From NCBI GenBank assembly GCA_963705505.1, contig CAVPJU010000006.1, positions 416,001 through 480,000 on the forward strand: 64,000 bases of DNA. Reading direction: 5' to 3'. This document shows, in pieces, positions 1-8,559 of this stretch. Source of the DNA: an uncultured bacterium (GTDB taxonomy: Bacteria; Desulfobacterota_D; UBA1144; Nemesobacterales; UBA2774). The position numbers were made by a program, and so were the translations under genes. Within the stretch, counting starts at the first letter, position 1; every line of letters starts with the position of its first letter. The notes below the pieces were generated by a model that was not told the origin of the DNA, did not search any database, and was given only the letters and a program-made list of their open reading frames with translations.

Positions 1-2
1 TA

Positions 3-194
3 GGCCAGTACCTCCAGCCCACGAACGAGCACCTGCCCGTGTCGAAGTTCTACCACCCGATGGAGTTCGAGTCACTTAAAACGTACGGCGAGAGCATCAT
101 TGGAATCCCGCACGTCGAGGCGGGCCCACTCGTCAGAAGCTCTTACCACGCGGAAAAACAAGTCCTTAAAATGGCCGGCCATTCGCTCTCCTGA
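3..194 (+). CDS. lipA: Lipoyl synthase, 3' end only (truncated by window edge)
   Basis: Manual translation of frame 3 gives [13 protein letters not shown]...[11 protein letters not shown]..., which contains the LipA C-terminal GQYLxP and RSSYHA motifs; stop TGA at 192-194. Confidence 0.93.
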   Translation, partial: GQYLQPTNEHLPVSKFYHPMEFESLKTYGESIIGIPHVEAGPLVRSSYHAEKQVLKMAGHSLS

Positions 195-309
195 AAAATT
201 AACTGCACGTACAGAAAATTTAAAACCTTTATCTGACAACTCATTTGGACAGTTTTCCGGGCCCGTTCGTTCTTGATAAATCGCCAAAAACATATAACAT
301 CATATCCTC

Positions 310-1521
310 ATGAAATACGTGATATTACAGGGTGACGGGATGCCCGACCACCCTCTGCCGGAGCTGGGAGGGAAGACCCCTCTCGAAGCGGCGAATACCC
401 CAAATCTCGACAGGATAGCCAAGTCTGCAATAAAATTCGGCATGGTAAAGACCATCCCCGACAACCTTCCGCCCGGAAGCGACGTCGGCAACCTCACTGT
501 GCTCGGATATAACCCCAACCTCTATTACACGGGCAGGTCTCCGCTCGAGGCAGCGAGCATAGGCGTGCCGCTAAAGGAAGGAGACGTCACGCTCAGGTGC
601 AACCTCGTTACCCTCTCTCCACTGAACGGCGGGATGATAATGGAGGACTACAGCTCGGGGCATATCACGACTGAAGAGGCGCGCCTGATAATACTCGACC
701 TGAAAAAAGAACTGGACGAGAAAAACCTGACGTTTTTTCCCGGAGTGAGCTACAGGCATCTCCTCGTGTGGGCGGGCGGGAATAAGGACATACATACGAC
801 CCCGCCGCACGACATATCGGGCAAGGAAATCGGGGCGTATATACCGACAGGAGAAGGGACAATAAAACTTAACGAATTGATGGAGCGGTCACAGAAGATA
901 CTGAAAGACCACCCCGTGAACAAAAAGAGGATCGCCGAAGGGAAGAACCCCGCATCGAGCATATGGCTCTGGGGACAGGGCGTAGCGCCCGAAATGCCTT
1001 CCTTCAAAGAGCTCTACGGACTCACAGGCTCGGTCATATCCGCTGTTGATCTGGTCAAGGGGATAGGGCACTACGCAAAACTGAAAGTGATCGACGTGCC
1101 CGGGGCGACGGGATACCTGGATACGAATTACGAAGGCAAGGTCGACTATGCGCTCGATTCGTTAGATGAGGTCGATCTCACTATGATACACATAGAATCC
1201 ACGGACGAGACGGGACACGTCGGAAAGGCGGAGCTAAAGATCCAGGCGATAGAGGACTTCGACGGCCGCGTGGTGGGACGTGTGTTGGAAGGGATAAAGA
1301 GGTTCGGGGATTACAAGATACTCGTCATGTCGGACCATCCGACGCCTATAGATTTGAGGACGCACGTAAACGAGCCGGTGCCTTTCGCGATATACAGCTC
1401 GGAAGACGAAAGTATAAAAAATGACTCCTTCGTTTATACGGAAAAATCCGCGAATACGTCTGACGTATTTATACCCGAAGGCTGGAAACTGATGGGGATA
1501 CTGACCGGGAAAGAGATTTAA
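310..1521 (+). CDS. apgM: Cofactor-independent phosphoglycerate mutase (ApgM/archaeal type)
   Basis: GDGMPD, GKTPLEAANTPNLD, PGSDVGN, YTGRSPLEAA, DETGH and SDHPTP motifs. Confidence 0.93.
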   Translation: MKYVILQGDGMPDHPLPELGGKTPLEAANTPNLDRIAKSAIKFGMVKTIPDNLPPGSDVGNLTVLGYNPNLYYTGRSPLEAASIGVPLKEGDVTLRCNLVTLSPLNGGMIMEDYSSGHITTEEARLIILDLKKELDEKNLTFFPGVSYRHLLVWAGGNKDIHTTPPHDISGKEIGAYIPTGEGTIKLNELMERSQKILKDHPVNKKRIAEGKNPASSIWLWGQGVAPEMPSFKELYGLTGSVISAVDLVKGIGHYAKLKVIDVPGATGYLDTNYEGKVDYALDSLDEVDLTMIHIESTDETGHVGKAELKIQAIEDFDGRVVGRVLEGIKRFGDYKILVMSDHPTPIDLRTHVNEPVPFAIYSSEDESIKNDSFVYTEKSANTSDVFIPEGWKLMGILTGKEI

Positions 1522-1529
1522 AAACATCT

Positions 1530-2555
1530 ATGAACACAAATACGAATACAAAACTGCGCTTTGGTTTGTGGTATGACTTTCGTAACCCTCCTCAGTGGAG
1601 ACGTCCCTACACGGACATCTACGGTGAGGTATTTGATCAGATTGTCTGGGCGGAGGAGAACGGCTTCGATGATGTATGGCTCCAGGAACATCACTTCCAC
1701 GAGGACGGTTTCTCTTCGTCCGTGTTACCGATCGCGGCGGCGATCGCGGCGCGGACCAGGACAATTCGCATAGGCACTGCTGTTATGCTTTTACCCCTTC
1801 ACAATCCTGTCCGTGTGGCGGAGGACGGTGCAACGATCGACATCATCTCCGAAGGCCGCTTCCAGCTCGGCGTAGGGAACGGTTACAAGGTCGAAGAGTT
1901 CGAGAGCTTCGGAATCCCCAGAAAAGAGCGCGGCGGGCGCTCCGATGAAGGGCTGGAAATCATACGTCGTCTGTGGGAAGGCGAAACACTCACCTTCAAA
2001 GGCAAATATTACGAGGTCAATAACGCAAAGCTCGCCCCAGAGCCTGTCCAGAAGCCCCGGCCGCCCCTGTGGGTCGGAGGATTCAGCCCCGCCGGGGTCA
2101 GGCGCGCCGCGAAGTACGGGGACGGGTTTCTGGGCACGGGCCCGCTTAAAGAACTCTACGACCACTACATCGCTGAATTACAGAACCTGGGCAAGCCGAC
2201 AACTAATCTACGGCTCGCCGGCGGGTATTTCTGGTTAATCGTGTCGAACGATCCTGAGAAGACCTGGCACGAGGCCGTGGACCATATACTTTATCAGCTG
2301 AACGGGTATGCAGAATGGTTTGAAAAGGCGGGGATGCCATTACTCCCCCATATACGTGATGCGGAACACCTCCGGGAGCTGGGCATTTTTAATGTGGTGG
2401 ATGTCGATACCTGCATCGAAATGATTCGCGCCTACGTGAAAGAGGTGCCGCTGACTCACTACTACTCCTTCACGGTTCCCCCGGGCCTACCGACGAGCTG
2501 GGTGCAGCCGCACCTGGAACTGTTCGCAAGTAAAGTGATACCGGCGTTTCGTTAG
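1530..2555 (+). CDS. Luciferase-like (LLM class) flavin-dependent oxidoreductase
   Basis: GFDDVWLQEHHF, IAARTRTIRIGTAV, P.RVAED.ATID.IS.GR motifs. Confidence 0.9.
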   Translation: MNTNTNTKLRFGLWYDFRNPPQWRRPYTDIYGEVFDQIVWAEENGFDDVWLQEHHFHEDGFSSSVLPIAAAIAARTRTIRIGTAVMLLPLHNPVRVAEDGATIDIISEGRFQLGVGNGYKVEEFESFGIPRKERGGRSDEGLEIIRRLWEGETLTFKGKYYEVNNAKLAPEPVQKPRPPLWVGGFSPAGVRRAAKYGDGFLGTGPLKELYDHYIAELQNLGKPTTNLRLAGGYFWLIVSNDPEKTWHEAVDHILYQLNGYAEWFEKAGMPLLPHIRDAEHLRELGIFNVVDVDTCIEMIRAYVKEVPLTHYYSFTVPPGLPTSWVQPHLELFASKVIPAFR

Positions 2556-2721
2556 CGCATACGGACTTTCCGGAAAAATATCCGAGCGGCTCGGTTTTCT
2601 CGAACTTTGGTTTAATAACTCTATCACTCTGAATAATGAACTCATTTGCTATCCGCGAAGCACATCCGGTCTTCACTTGGTCGGAACCGTTCTCGATGTG
2701 TGATTCAGAATGACAGATTAT

Positions 2722-2992
2722 GGATTCCCGATTTCTCGGGAATGACAGAAAAATTAATGTACCCCCTCACCCTGACCCTCTCCCACTGCGGGGAGAGGGA
2801 ATTGAAAGAGAAAGGCAATAGACGAGATTGCCGCGCTTCATTTCCCTGCGCTCGCCAAGACGAGGGGAGGAAGGCGTCCTTCGATCCTTCCCGGCTACTC
2901 GTCCGGGCGAAGGCTCCGGCCGTAGCGCGACGGCTCGTGCCTTCGCCGAGACGAGCGATAAACTCAGGACAGGCTCCTGCTCAGGATGAACG
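2722..2992. repeat. Cluster of several different REP-like palindromic elements, partly nested
   Basis: ATTCCC-N8-GGGAAT (2724-2743); CCCTCACCCTGACCCTCTCCC..GGGAGAGGG (about 2762-2800); GAGATTGCCGCG..CTCGCCAAGAC (2824-2860); CCTTCGA..GCTCAGGATGAACGG enclosing a long hairpin (2898-2955). Confidence 0.7.
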
Positions 2993-3062
2993 GGCGGCGG
3001 GTCGCCGCGGACATATGATATGACGGCAAGGCTGAGGAGTTTCAGTAGAATCGTAGAACACA

Positions 3063-3839
3063 CTATGCGTGTGTGTGCTCGCGCTTCACCTCTTCCCAGA
3101 GCTCGTCCATCTCCGCAAGCGACAGCTCCGATAACTCTTTGCCGCGGGCTTCCGCTTTATCCTCTATCCTCCCGAACCGCTCGATAAAGCCGTCGATCGC
3201 CTTATGAGCGGTGCCCTCGGCATCAATCTTCAAATGCCTCCCGAGGTTGACGAGAGAAAAAACGAGATCCCCCCATTCCTTCTCGATGCCGACGCCGTCG
3301 CCCTTTTTCATTTCCTCCTCCAGCTCAGACAGCTCCTCCTTCACCTTGGCGATGACCTCACTCGCATCGTTCCAATCAAAACCCACCTGTGAGGCTTTCT
3401 CTCCGACCCTCTGCGCCCGCAGCAGTGAGGGCATTGTGCGCGGGATATGCAGGAGCCGCCTCTTCCGGGACTTCTCCTTGAGCTTCTGCGTGTGCCATCT
3501 TTTCACGGCCTCCTCCGCATTGGCCGCCTTTTCCTCGCCGAACACGTGGGGGTGCCTCCTGACGAGCTTGTTGTGGAGCCTGTCTATGACATCGTCGATA
3601 CCGAACTCCCCGCTCTCCTCGGCGATCTGAGAGGCGAAAAGGACTTCATAGAAAAGGTCGCCGAGCTCTTCCAGAAGCTCCTCCCTGTCCCGGGACTCTA
3701 TCGCCTGGACGACCTCGTAAGCCTCCTCGATTATATAAGATTTCAGTGTGTCGAGCGTCTGCTCCCTGTCCCACGGGCAGCCCTCGGGGCTCCGCAGGTG
3801 CCTGGATAAATTTATCAGTTCCTGAAAAGACTTCTTCAT
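3063..3839 (-). CDS. mazG: Nucleoside triphosphate pyrophosphohydrolase MazG
   Basis: LRSPEGCPWDREQT, EEAYE, EELGD, RRHPHVF and a second MazG domain; start set at the ATG at 3839 following AAGGAG. Confidence 0.95.
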   Translation of the reverse strand: MKKSFQELINLSRHLRSPEGCPWDREQTLDTLKSYIIEEAYEVVQAIESRDREELLEELGDLFYEVLFASQIAEESGEFGIDDVIDRLHNKLVRRHPHVFGEEKAANAEEAVKRWHTQKLKEKSRKRRLLHIPRTMPSLLRAQRVGEKASQVGFDWNDASEVIAKVKEELSELEEEMKKGDGVGIEKEWGDLVFSLVNLGRHLKIDAEGTAHKAIDGFIERFGRIEDKAEARGKELSELSLAEMDELWEEVKREHTHA

Positions 3840-3961
3840 AACGTCTCCTTTTTCATACATACTTGAAAGTGAAATAATTAACGACGGGTGATAACACTAA
3901 AATTAAATGGATTGATATGCATATATAACGAGTATTATTTATCATAAATACAAAATTTCAC

Positions 3962-4552
3962 ATGACTAAAAGAACAGGCAACGCAAAAGGATCGATTTTA
4001 ATAAATACGAAAGAGTACATTATAACCTCGCACGGCGAGAGTGCGTGGATAGAGATTTTAAATAATCTACACGATTCGGATACAAGGGTTTTAGAAAGCG
4101 AAATAATAACAACAGAATGGTATCCCGCCCCTCTATTGAACCGTCTCCTGAACACATACGATATCCTGCATGGAAAAGGCGACTTTTTATCGGTCGTACC
4201 GATTGCGGAATATATTGCGAATCAGGACCTGGGTCCAATGCTCGAATCGTTGGTAAATTTAAAAAAACCGTCAATTATTCTGAAAAGCGCCCCGTCACTC
4301 TGGAACAGATATTTCGACAGCGGTCTCATGGAACTGGAGCTGCTGGATGCGGAAAAAAAATTCTCGACGCTCTATCTGGACGAAATTGCGGATGAAAACA
4401 TGGCTTCCGGCATTGCTGTCTGCAATTTCGCGGTGCCCGAATGGTTCAAAACAGGACTGACCATGTCCGGAGCAAGTTCGGCTGAAATCGTTCACACCGA
4501 GTGCCGTTATAAAACCCCGAAACCATGCAGGTTCGAGGTACGGTGGGAATAG
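3962..4552 (+). CDS. Hypothetical protein, H-NOX/V4R-like fold (resembles myxobacterial TIGR02265/DUF2378-type proteins)
   Basis: N-terminal AKG...HG..AW, WYP, LW.RYFDSG; C-terminal C-x6-C-RFEVRW typical of V4R-like domains. Confidence 0.55.
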   Translation: MTKRTGNAKGSILINTKEYIITSHGESAWIEILNNLHDSDTRVLESEIITTEWYPAPLLNRLLNTYDILHGKGDFLSVVPIAEYIANQDLGPMLESLVNLKKPSIILKSAPSLWNRYFDSGLMELELLDAEKKFSTLYLDEIADENMASGIAVCNFAVPEWFKTGLTMSGASSAEIVHTECRYKTPKPCRFEVRWE

Positions 4553-4580
4553 TTTTTATTTTATCGGCGAATGTGAGAAG

Positions 4581-5714
4581 CTACATTTCCGCTATCAGCC
4601 TTTTCGGATACCTGGTGAGATTAGTGCAGCCGTGCTTTTCGACGACCACAACGTCTTCTATCCTTACGCCGCCCGTTTTCTCGTAATAAAGCCCGGGCTC
4701 GACGGTTACGACATTGCCCGCCTCGAGAACCTCGTCTCCGAGGCCGATCCTGGGCGGCTCGTGAATCTCAAGCCCGAGGCCGTGTCCGGTCGAATGTATG
4801 AACCCCTGCATCTTTCCGTCGATCACACCCGTCCCGAACCCGCGGCTCTTAAAATATTCGACCACGGCAGAGTGGATGTCCCTGACTTTGACGCCGCCCT
4901 TTATCATGCTGATCGCAAGCTTCTGACCCCGCAGCACAGTGTCATACATTTTTTTCAACTCGGACGACGGCTCGCCGCGGACTACGGTCCTTGTCATATC
5001 GCCGAAGTATCCGTTTTTCTGCGACCTGGGGAATATGTCGATTACGACGGGTTTATCCGCAAAAATAGGCCCCTCCCCGCTGTGATGGGGCATGGAGGAA
5101 TGCACGCCCGAGGCGACTATGGTATGGGACGCCGTGAAGCCCATCCTGGAAAGCTCGGCGTTTATTTCCCCCTTAACCCTTTCCGAAGTCAGGAGACCGC
5201 CGTTCAGGTAAAGCCTGTTCCTGCGAATCTCGGAAGACGCTATCATTTTTATCGCAAGATCCATGGCTTTTACGGTTTTTTTCAAGGCATCGCTTATCAT
5301 TCCGATTTCGCGGGGCGTTTTCCTGAGTCTCTCTTCGAAAAACGGCTCTTCTTCTCTCAATGTAACGGTGTAACCCCTCTTCCGGAGCCCGTCGGCATAT
5401 TTTAAAGAGAACCGTCCCGGGACAATAACCTTTTTTATCTTCAGGTCCTTGAGGACCAGATCGGCAACGTCCAGAAGCTTTACCCTCTTCACCTTTTCCG
5501 CAATCAGTCTTTTCTGGTAATCCGTCAAAGAGAGCACCCTATCGACGGACGCCTCTTCCTTCCCCCTGTCTATCTCGAGGTCGCTTAAAACGAGTATCTT
5601 TTTCCCGTTATGCTCCAGATAGATAACGGGGTCGGGAACAAAAAAGCCGGTCTTGTAATAGAGATCGGCGTTATCTTCACTCGTATCGATAATCAGGTAT
5701 GTTTCTTTCTTCAT
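4581..5714 (-). CDS. Xaa-Pro aminopeptidase (M24B family)
   Basis: DIFP...YFGDMTRT, HSTGHGLGLEIHE.P, TVEPGLY, GVRIED. Confidence 0.93.
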   Translation of the reverse strand: MKKETYLIIDTSEDNADLYYKTGFFVPDPVIYLEHNGKKILVLSDLEIDRGKEEASVDRVLSLTDYQKRLIAEKVKRVKLLDVADLVLKDLKIKKVIVPGRFSLKYADGLRKRGYTVTLREEEPFFEERLRKTPREIGMISDALKKTVKAMDLAIKMIASSEIRRNRLYLNGGLLTSERVKGEINAELSRMGFTASHTIVASGVHSSMPHHSGEGPIFADKPVVIDIFPRSQKNGYFGDMTRTVVRGEPSSELKKMYDTVLRGQKLAISMIKGGVKVRDIHSAVVEYFKSRGFGTGVIDGKMQGFIHSTGHGLGLEIHEPPRIGLGDEVLEAGNVVTVEPGLYYEKTGGVRIEDVVVVEKHGCTNLTRYPKRLIAEM

Positions 5715-5894
5715 TGAAAAAACACTATACCTTACGGCCTATCCATATCAAGGGAAAAGCGTTTAATCGCAAGCGCAGGGATACACATGAAAATTTTCCC
5801 GCGCCACTGGGGATATATTTTTATAATCCGCCGACTACGTGTTATAATTAAGGGCTATGGGACCGGGAATAAGCCAAAAAAAGAAGAGGGTATA

Positions 5895-6350
5895 ATGAAT
5901 TATAAAAATTCGGCTCTAATCCTGGCCGCCGCGCTGATTGCTTGTCTGATTACGGCATCTGAAAAACTTTGCCTCGCTCAGAACGGAGAGCCGGCAAAAA
6001 ATGTATCTCTAGACCAGATATGCGAGCTTTATTTGGATTATCCGATGTCCGCTGATGACCTTTATCATGATAAGGTCGTGAAAACTACGGTCGAGGTTTC
6101 GAGCGTGAGAAAAATCCCTTCGATCTGCTCCGATGCCCCGGAAGGGAGTTTTACGATGGAGGCTGTAAGCAAAAGCGGACCCATACTCGAATGCGTATGT
6201 AATGCGCCGGTTTATAAAAGCGTTCCAGATAACACACCCCGGGGAAGCAGTCTGACGGTGCAGGGGACGTTCAAATCGATGACTGGCTCATACACGCAGA
6301 GCGAGCAGAAACAGTGCAAGGTAACTCTATTCAACTGTAGTTTCAAATAA
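5895..6350 (+). CDS. Exported hypothetical protein, possibly OB-fold (tRNA_anti-like)
   Basis: Signal-peptide-like N-terminus from the ATG at 5895; AD..Y.DKVV...V...G..LTVQG.F pattern. Confidence 0.5.
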   Translation: MNYKNSALILAAALIACLITASEKLCLAQNGEPAKNVSLDQICELYLDYPMSADDLYHDKVVKTTVEVSSVRKIPSICSDAPEGSFTMEAVSKSGPILECVCNAPVYKSVPDNTPRGSSLTVQGTFKSMTGSYTQSEQKQCKVTLFNCSFK

Positions 6351-6352
6351 CA

Positions 6353-6835
6353 ATGCAAACGCTATTAAAATTTCTTTACATTCTGGCTGTTTGTTTCTGG
6401 ATAGGGAGCATCTTCTTCTTTTCGTTCTTCGCTGCGCCCAGCATTTTCAAAGTACTCCCGAGAGAAATGGCGGGCAACGTAGTATCCGACATATTTCCCA
6501 AATACTATCTCGTCGCATATATATGCGGGGGTGTGGCGATCATAACTGCTGTAATGCCGAGACTACTTTATGAGCATAAGACAGGCCTATTGTTTGCACT
6601 CAGGATAGGGGGGCTCGTAGCCATGCTGGCGCTTGCCGTTTATGCCGGACAGGTATTGAGACCCAAAGCGGTAGAAGCCAGGACCGAGATGAGGAGCCTT
6701 ACCGAAAGTTCACCTAATTATCCGGCAGCACACGATAAATTCAGTAAGCTCCACGGTCAGTCGGCTATCATTAACTCCGCCGTATTTTTATTGGGAATTG
6801 CCATATTGTTCCTGAATGCTTATAATAAAGAGTAG
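6353..6835 (+). CDS. DUF4149/TMEM205-like membrane protein
   Basis: Four hydrophobic helices, AP.IFK.L....AG......FP.YY and F.KLH..S motifs. Confidence 0.8.
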   Translation: MQTLLKFLYILAVCFWIGSIFFFSFFAAPSIFKVLPREMAGNVVSDIFPKYYLVAYICGGVAIITAVMPRLLYEHKTGLLFALRIGGLVAMLALAVYAGQVLRPKAVEARTEMRSLTESSPNYPAAHDKFSKLHGQSAIINSAVFLLGIAILFLNAYNKE

Positions 6836-6866
6836 GGATTTCATTCATTTAGGGAGGCATTTATAA

Positions 6867-7190
6867 ATGTTTACAGTGACCACAAAAGCGACTGAAGAGA
6901 TCAAGAAGCTGTTATCGGAAGAGAATATTCCGAACGCTGTTTTAAGGGTGAGGGTCGTGCCCGGCGGATGCTCGGGTTTCTCATATGAAATGGGATTCGA
7001 TGACGAGACAGAGGAATCGGACAAGCTATTCGAAAATGAGGGCGTTAAAGTAGCCATCGACGAGTTAAGCCTGCCCTACCTCGAAGGCGCCATACTCGAT
7101 TACAAGGACGGTCTCAACGGAACCGGTTTTTCGATCAATAACCCGAACGCAAAGGGGTCTTGCGGCTGCGGGTCGTCCTTCAACGCATAA
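6867..7190 (+). CDS. A-type Fe-S cluster carrier (HesB/IscA/ErpA family)
   Basis: GGCSGFSY and NPNAKGSCGCGSSF motifs. Confidence 0.95.
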   Translation: MFTVTTKATEEIKKLLSEENIPNAVLRVRVVPGGCSGFSYEMGFDDETEESDKLFENEGVKVAIDELSLPYLEGAILDYKDGLNGTGFSINNPNAKGSCGCGSSFNA

Positions 7191-7211
7191 GACTAAATCA
7201 TAAAATTACAG

Positions 7212-7246
7212 GGCCGGAGGGAACAATTGTTCAATCCGGCCTTTTT
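7212..7246 (+). terminator. Intrinsic terminator after the iscA-like gene
   Basis: GGCCGGA...TCCGGCC stem followed by TTTTT. Confidence 0.7.
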
Positions 7247-7360
7247 CTATTTTAATCTTATCAATACAAGACCTTTCAGGTTATAATAATCCCAACCGTA
7301 TTAACCGAAAAAAATAATTTAAATTCAATTGCCGTAACATAAATAAAAGGAGATGCCATC

Positions 7361-8386
7361 ATGAAATTCGGAACAGGTTACTACAGCCTCCAGTCCCCGC
7401 CTTTCCGTCCGAGGTCCCATAAGGAGCTCTACTCGGAGATGCTGGATGAAATCAGCACTGCAGACCAGATGGGGTTCGATTCGGCCTGGCTCACGGAGCA
7501 CCATTTTCTGAATGACGGCTATTGCCCGTCCTCACTCGTCACCGCCGCTGCCATCGCTGCCAGGACTAAAAAGATACGCATCGGAACAGGGGTGCTTCTC
7601 ATGCCGCTTCACGACCCCGTACGCATCGCGGAAGACGCTGCGGTTGTTGACCTCATATCCGGGGGGAGGCTGATATTGGGCCTCGGACTCGGCTACCGCC
7701 CGGAGGAATTCGCCGGATTCGGCAGATCCCTTAAAGAAAGAAAGGGGAGGATGGAAGAAAGCATCGAAATATTAAACAAAAGCTGGATGGATGGGCCATT
7801 TGACCATAACGGGAAGTACTACAAGCTCGAAAATATAAACGTGACGCCCAAGCCCGTGCAGAGGCCGATTCCCATATGGATAGGGGCGTTCACGGAGCCC
7901 GCAATAAGGAGGGCCGCCAGGATCGGGGCGCCTCTATACGTGCCCGCGATAGGTGTAATACCGATCATAAAATATCTCTTCGATATGCATAGCTCGCTTC
8001 TCAAAGAGTACGGCAGGAATCCCGATGACTTCGAGAAACCGCTCGTCAGGGAAATTTACATATCCGATCAGAAGAGCGACAAAATCTGGGAAAAGATAAA
8101 AGAGAACGTAACATACACCGCCAAGGGATATGCGTCCTGGGGCTCCATGGTCGACCGCAAGGGGAATTTACTTTCGGACCCGACTGACCCGATACTCTAC
8201 GACATAGCGAGGGATCAATCGATAATCGGAACGCCCGAGGAATGCATCGACACGATCAAACGTTATCAGGAAGAGCTGCCTATAGATAACCTCATATGCC
8301 GTTTCAAATTCCCCGGCATTAGCCATGAAGATGCAATGAGGTCCATGAGGCTCTTTACAGAAAAGGTGCTCCCCGCTGTCTCGTAA
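7361..8386 (+). CDS. Luciferase-like (LLM class) flavin-dependent oxidoreductase
   Basis: GFDSAWLTEHHF, IAARTKKIRIGTGV, PVRIAEDAAVVD.ISGGR. Confidence 0.9.
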   Translation: MKFGTGYYSLQSPPFRPRSHKELYSEMLDEISTADQMGFDSAWLTEHHFLNDGYCPSSLVTAAAIAARTKKIRIGTGVLLMPLHDPVRIAEDAAVVDLISGGRLILGLGLGYRPEEFAGFGRSLKERKGRMEESIEILNKSWMDGPFDHNGKYYKLENINVTPKPVQRPIPIWIGAFTEPAIRRAARIGAPLYVPAIGVIPIIKYLFDMHSSLLKEYGRNPDDFEKPLVREIYISDQKSDKIWEKIKENVTYTAKGYASWGSMVDRKGNLLSDPTDPILYDIARDQSIIGTPEECIDTIKRYQEELPIDNLICRFKFPGISHEDAMRSMRLFTEKVLPAVS

Positions 8387-8559
8387 TTCAGGGCTCCCGG
8401 ACAAAAACGGTCATGGCCGCAATTATCACGGGACATAAGGGATAAGGGCAATATCCGTTTCCGGCCTATATATCTTATCAAATATTCTATGGTTATAATA
8501 TTTCCCTTTCGAGCGCATAAACGGGTAAATTGTTTCAATCTCCACGGAGAATATGATAG

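Noticed and set aside
2646..3063. ORFs 2646..3023 (+) and 2767..3063 (-)
   Set aside because: They run through palindromic repeats and have no protein-like features
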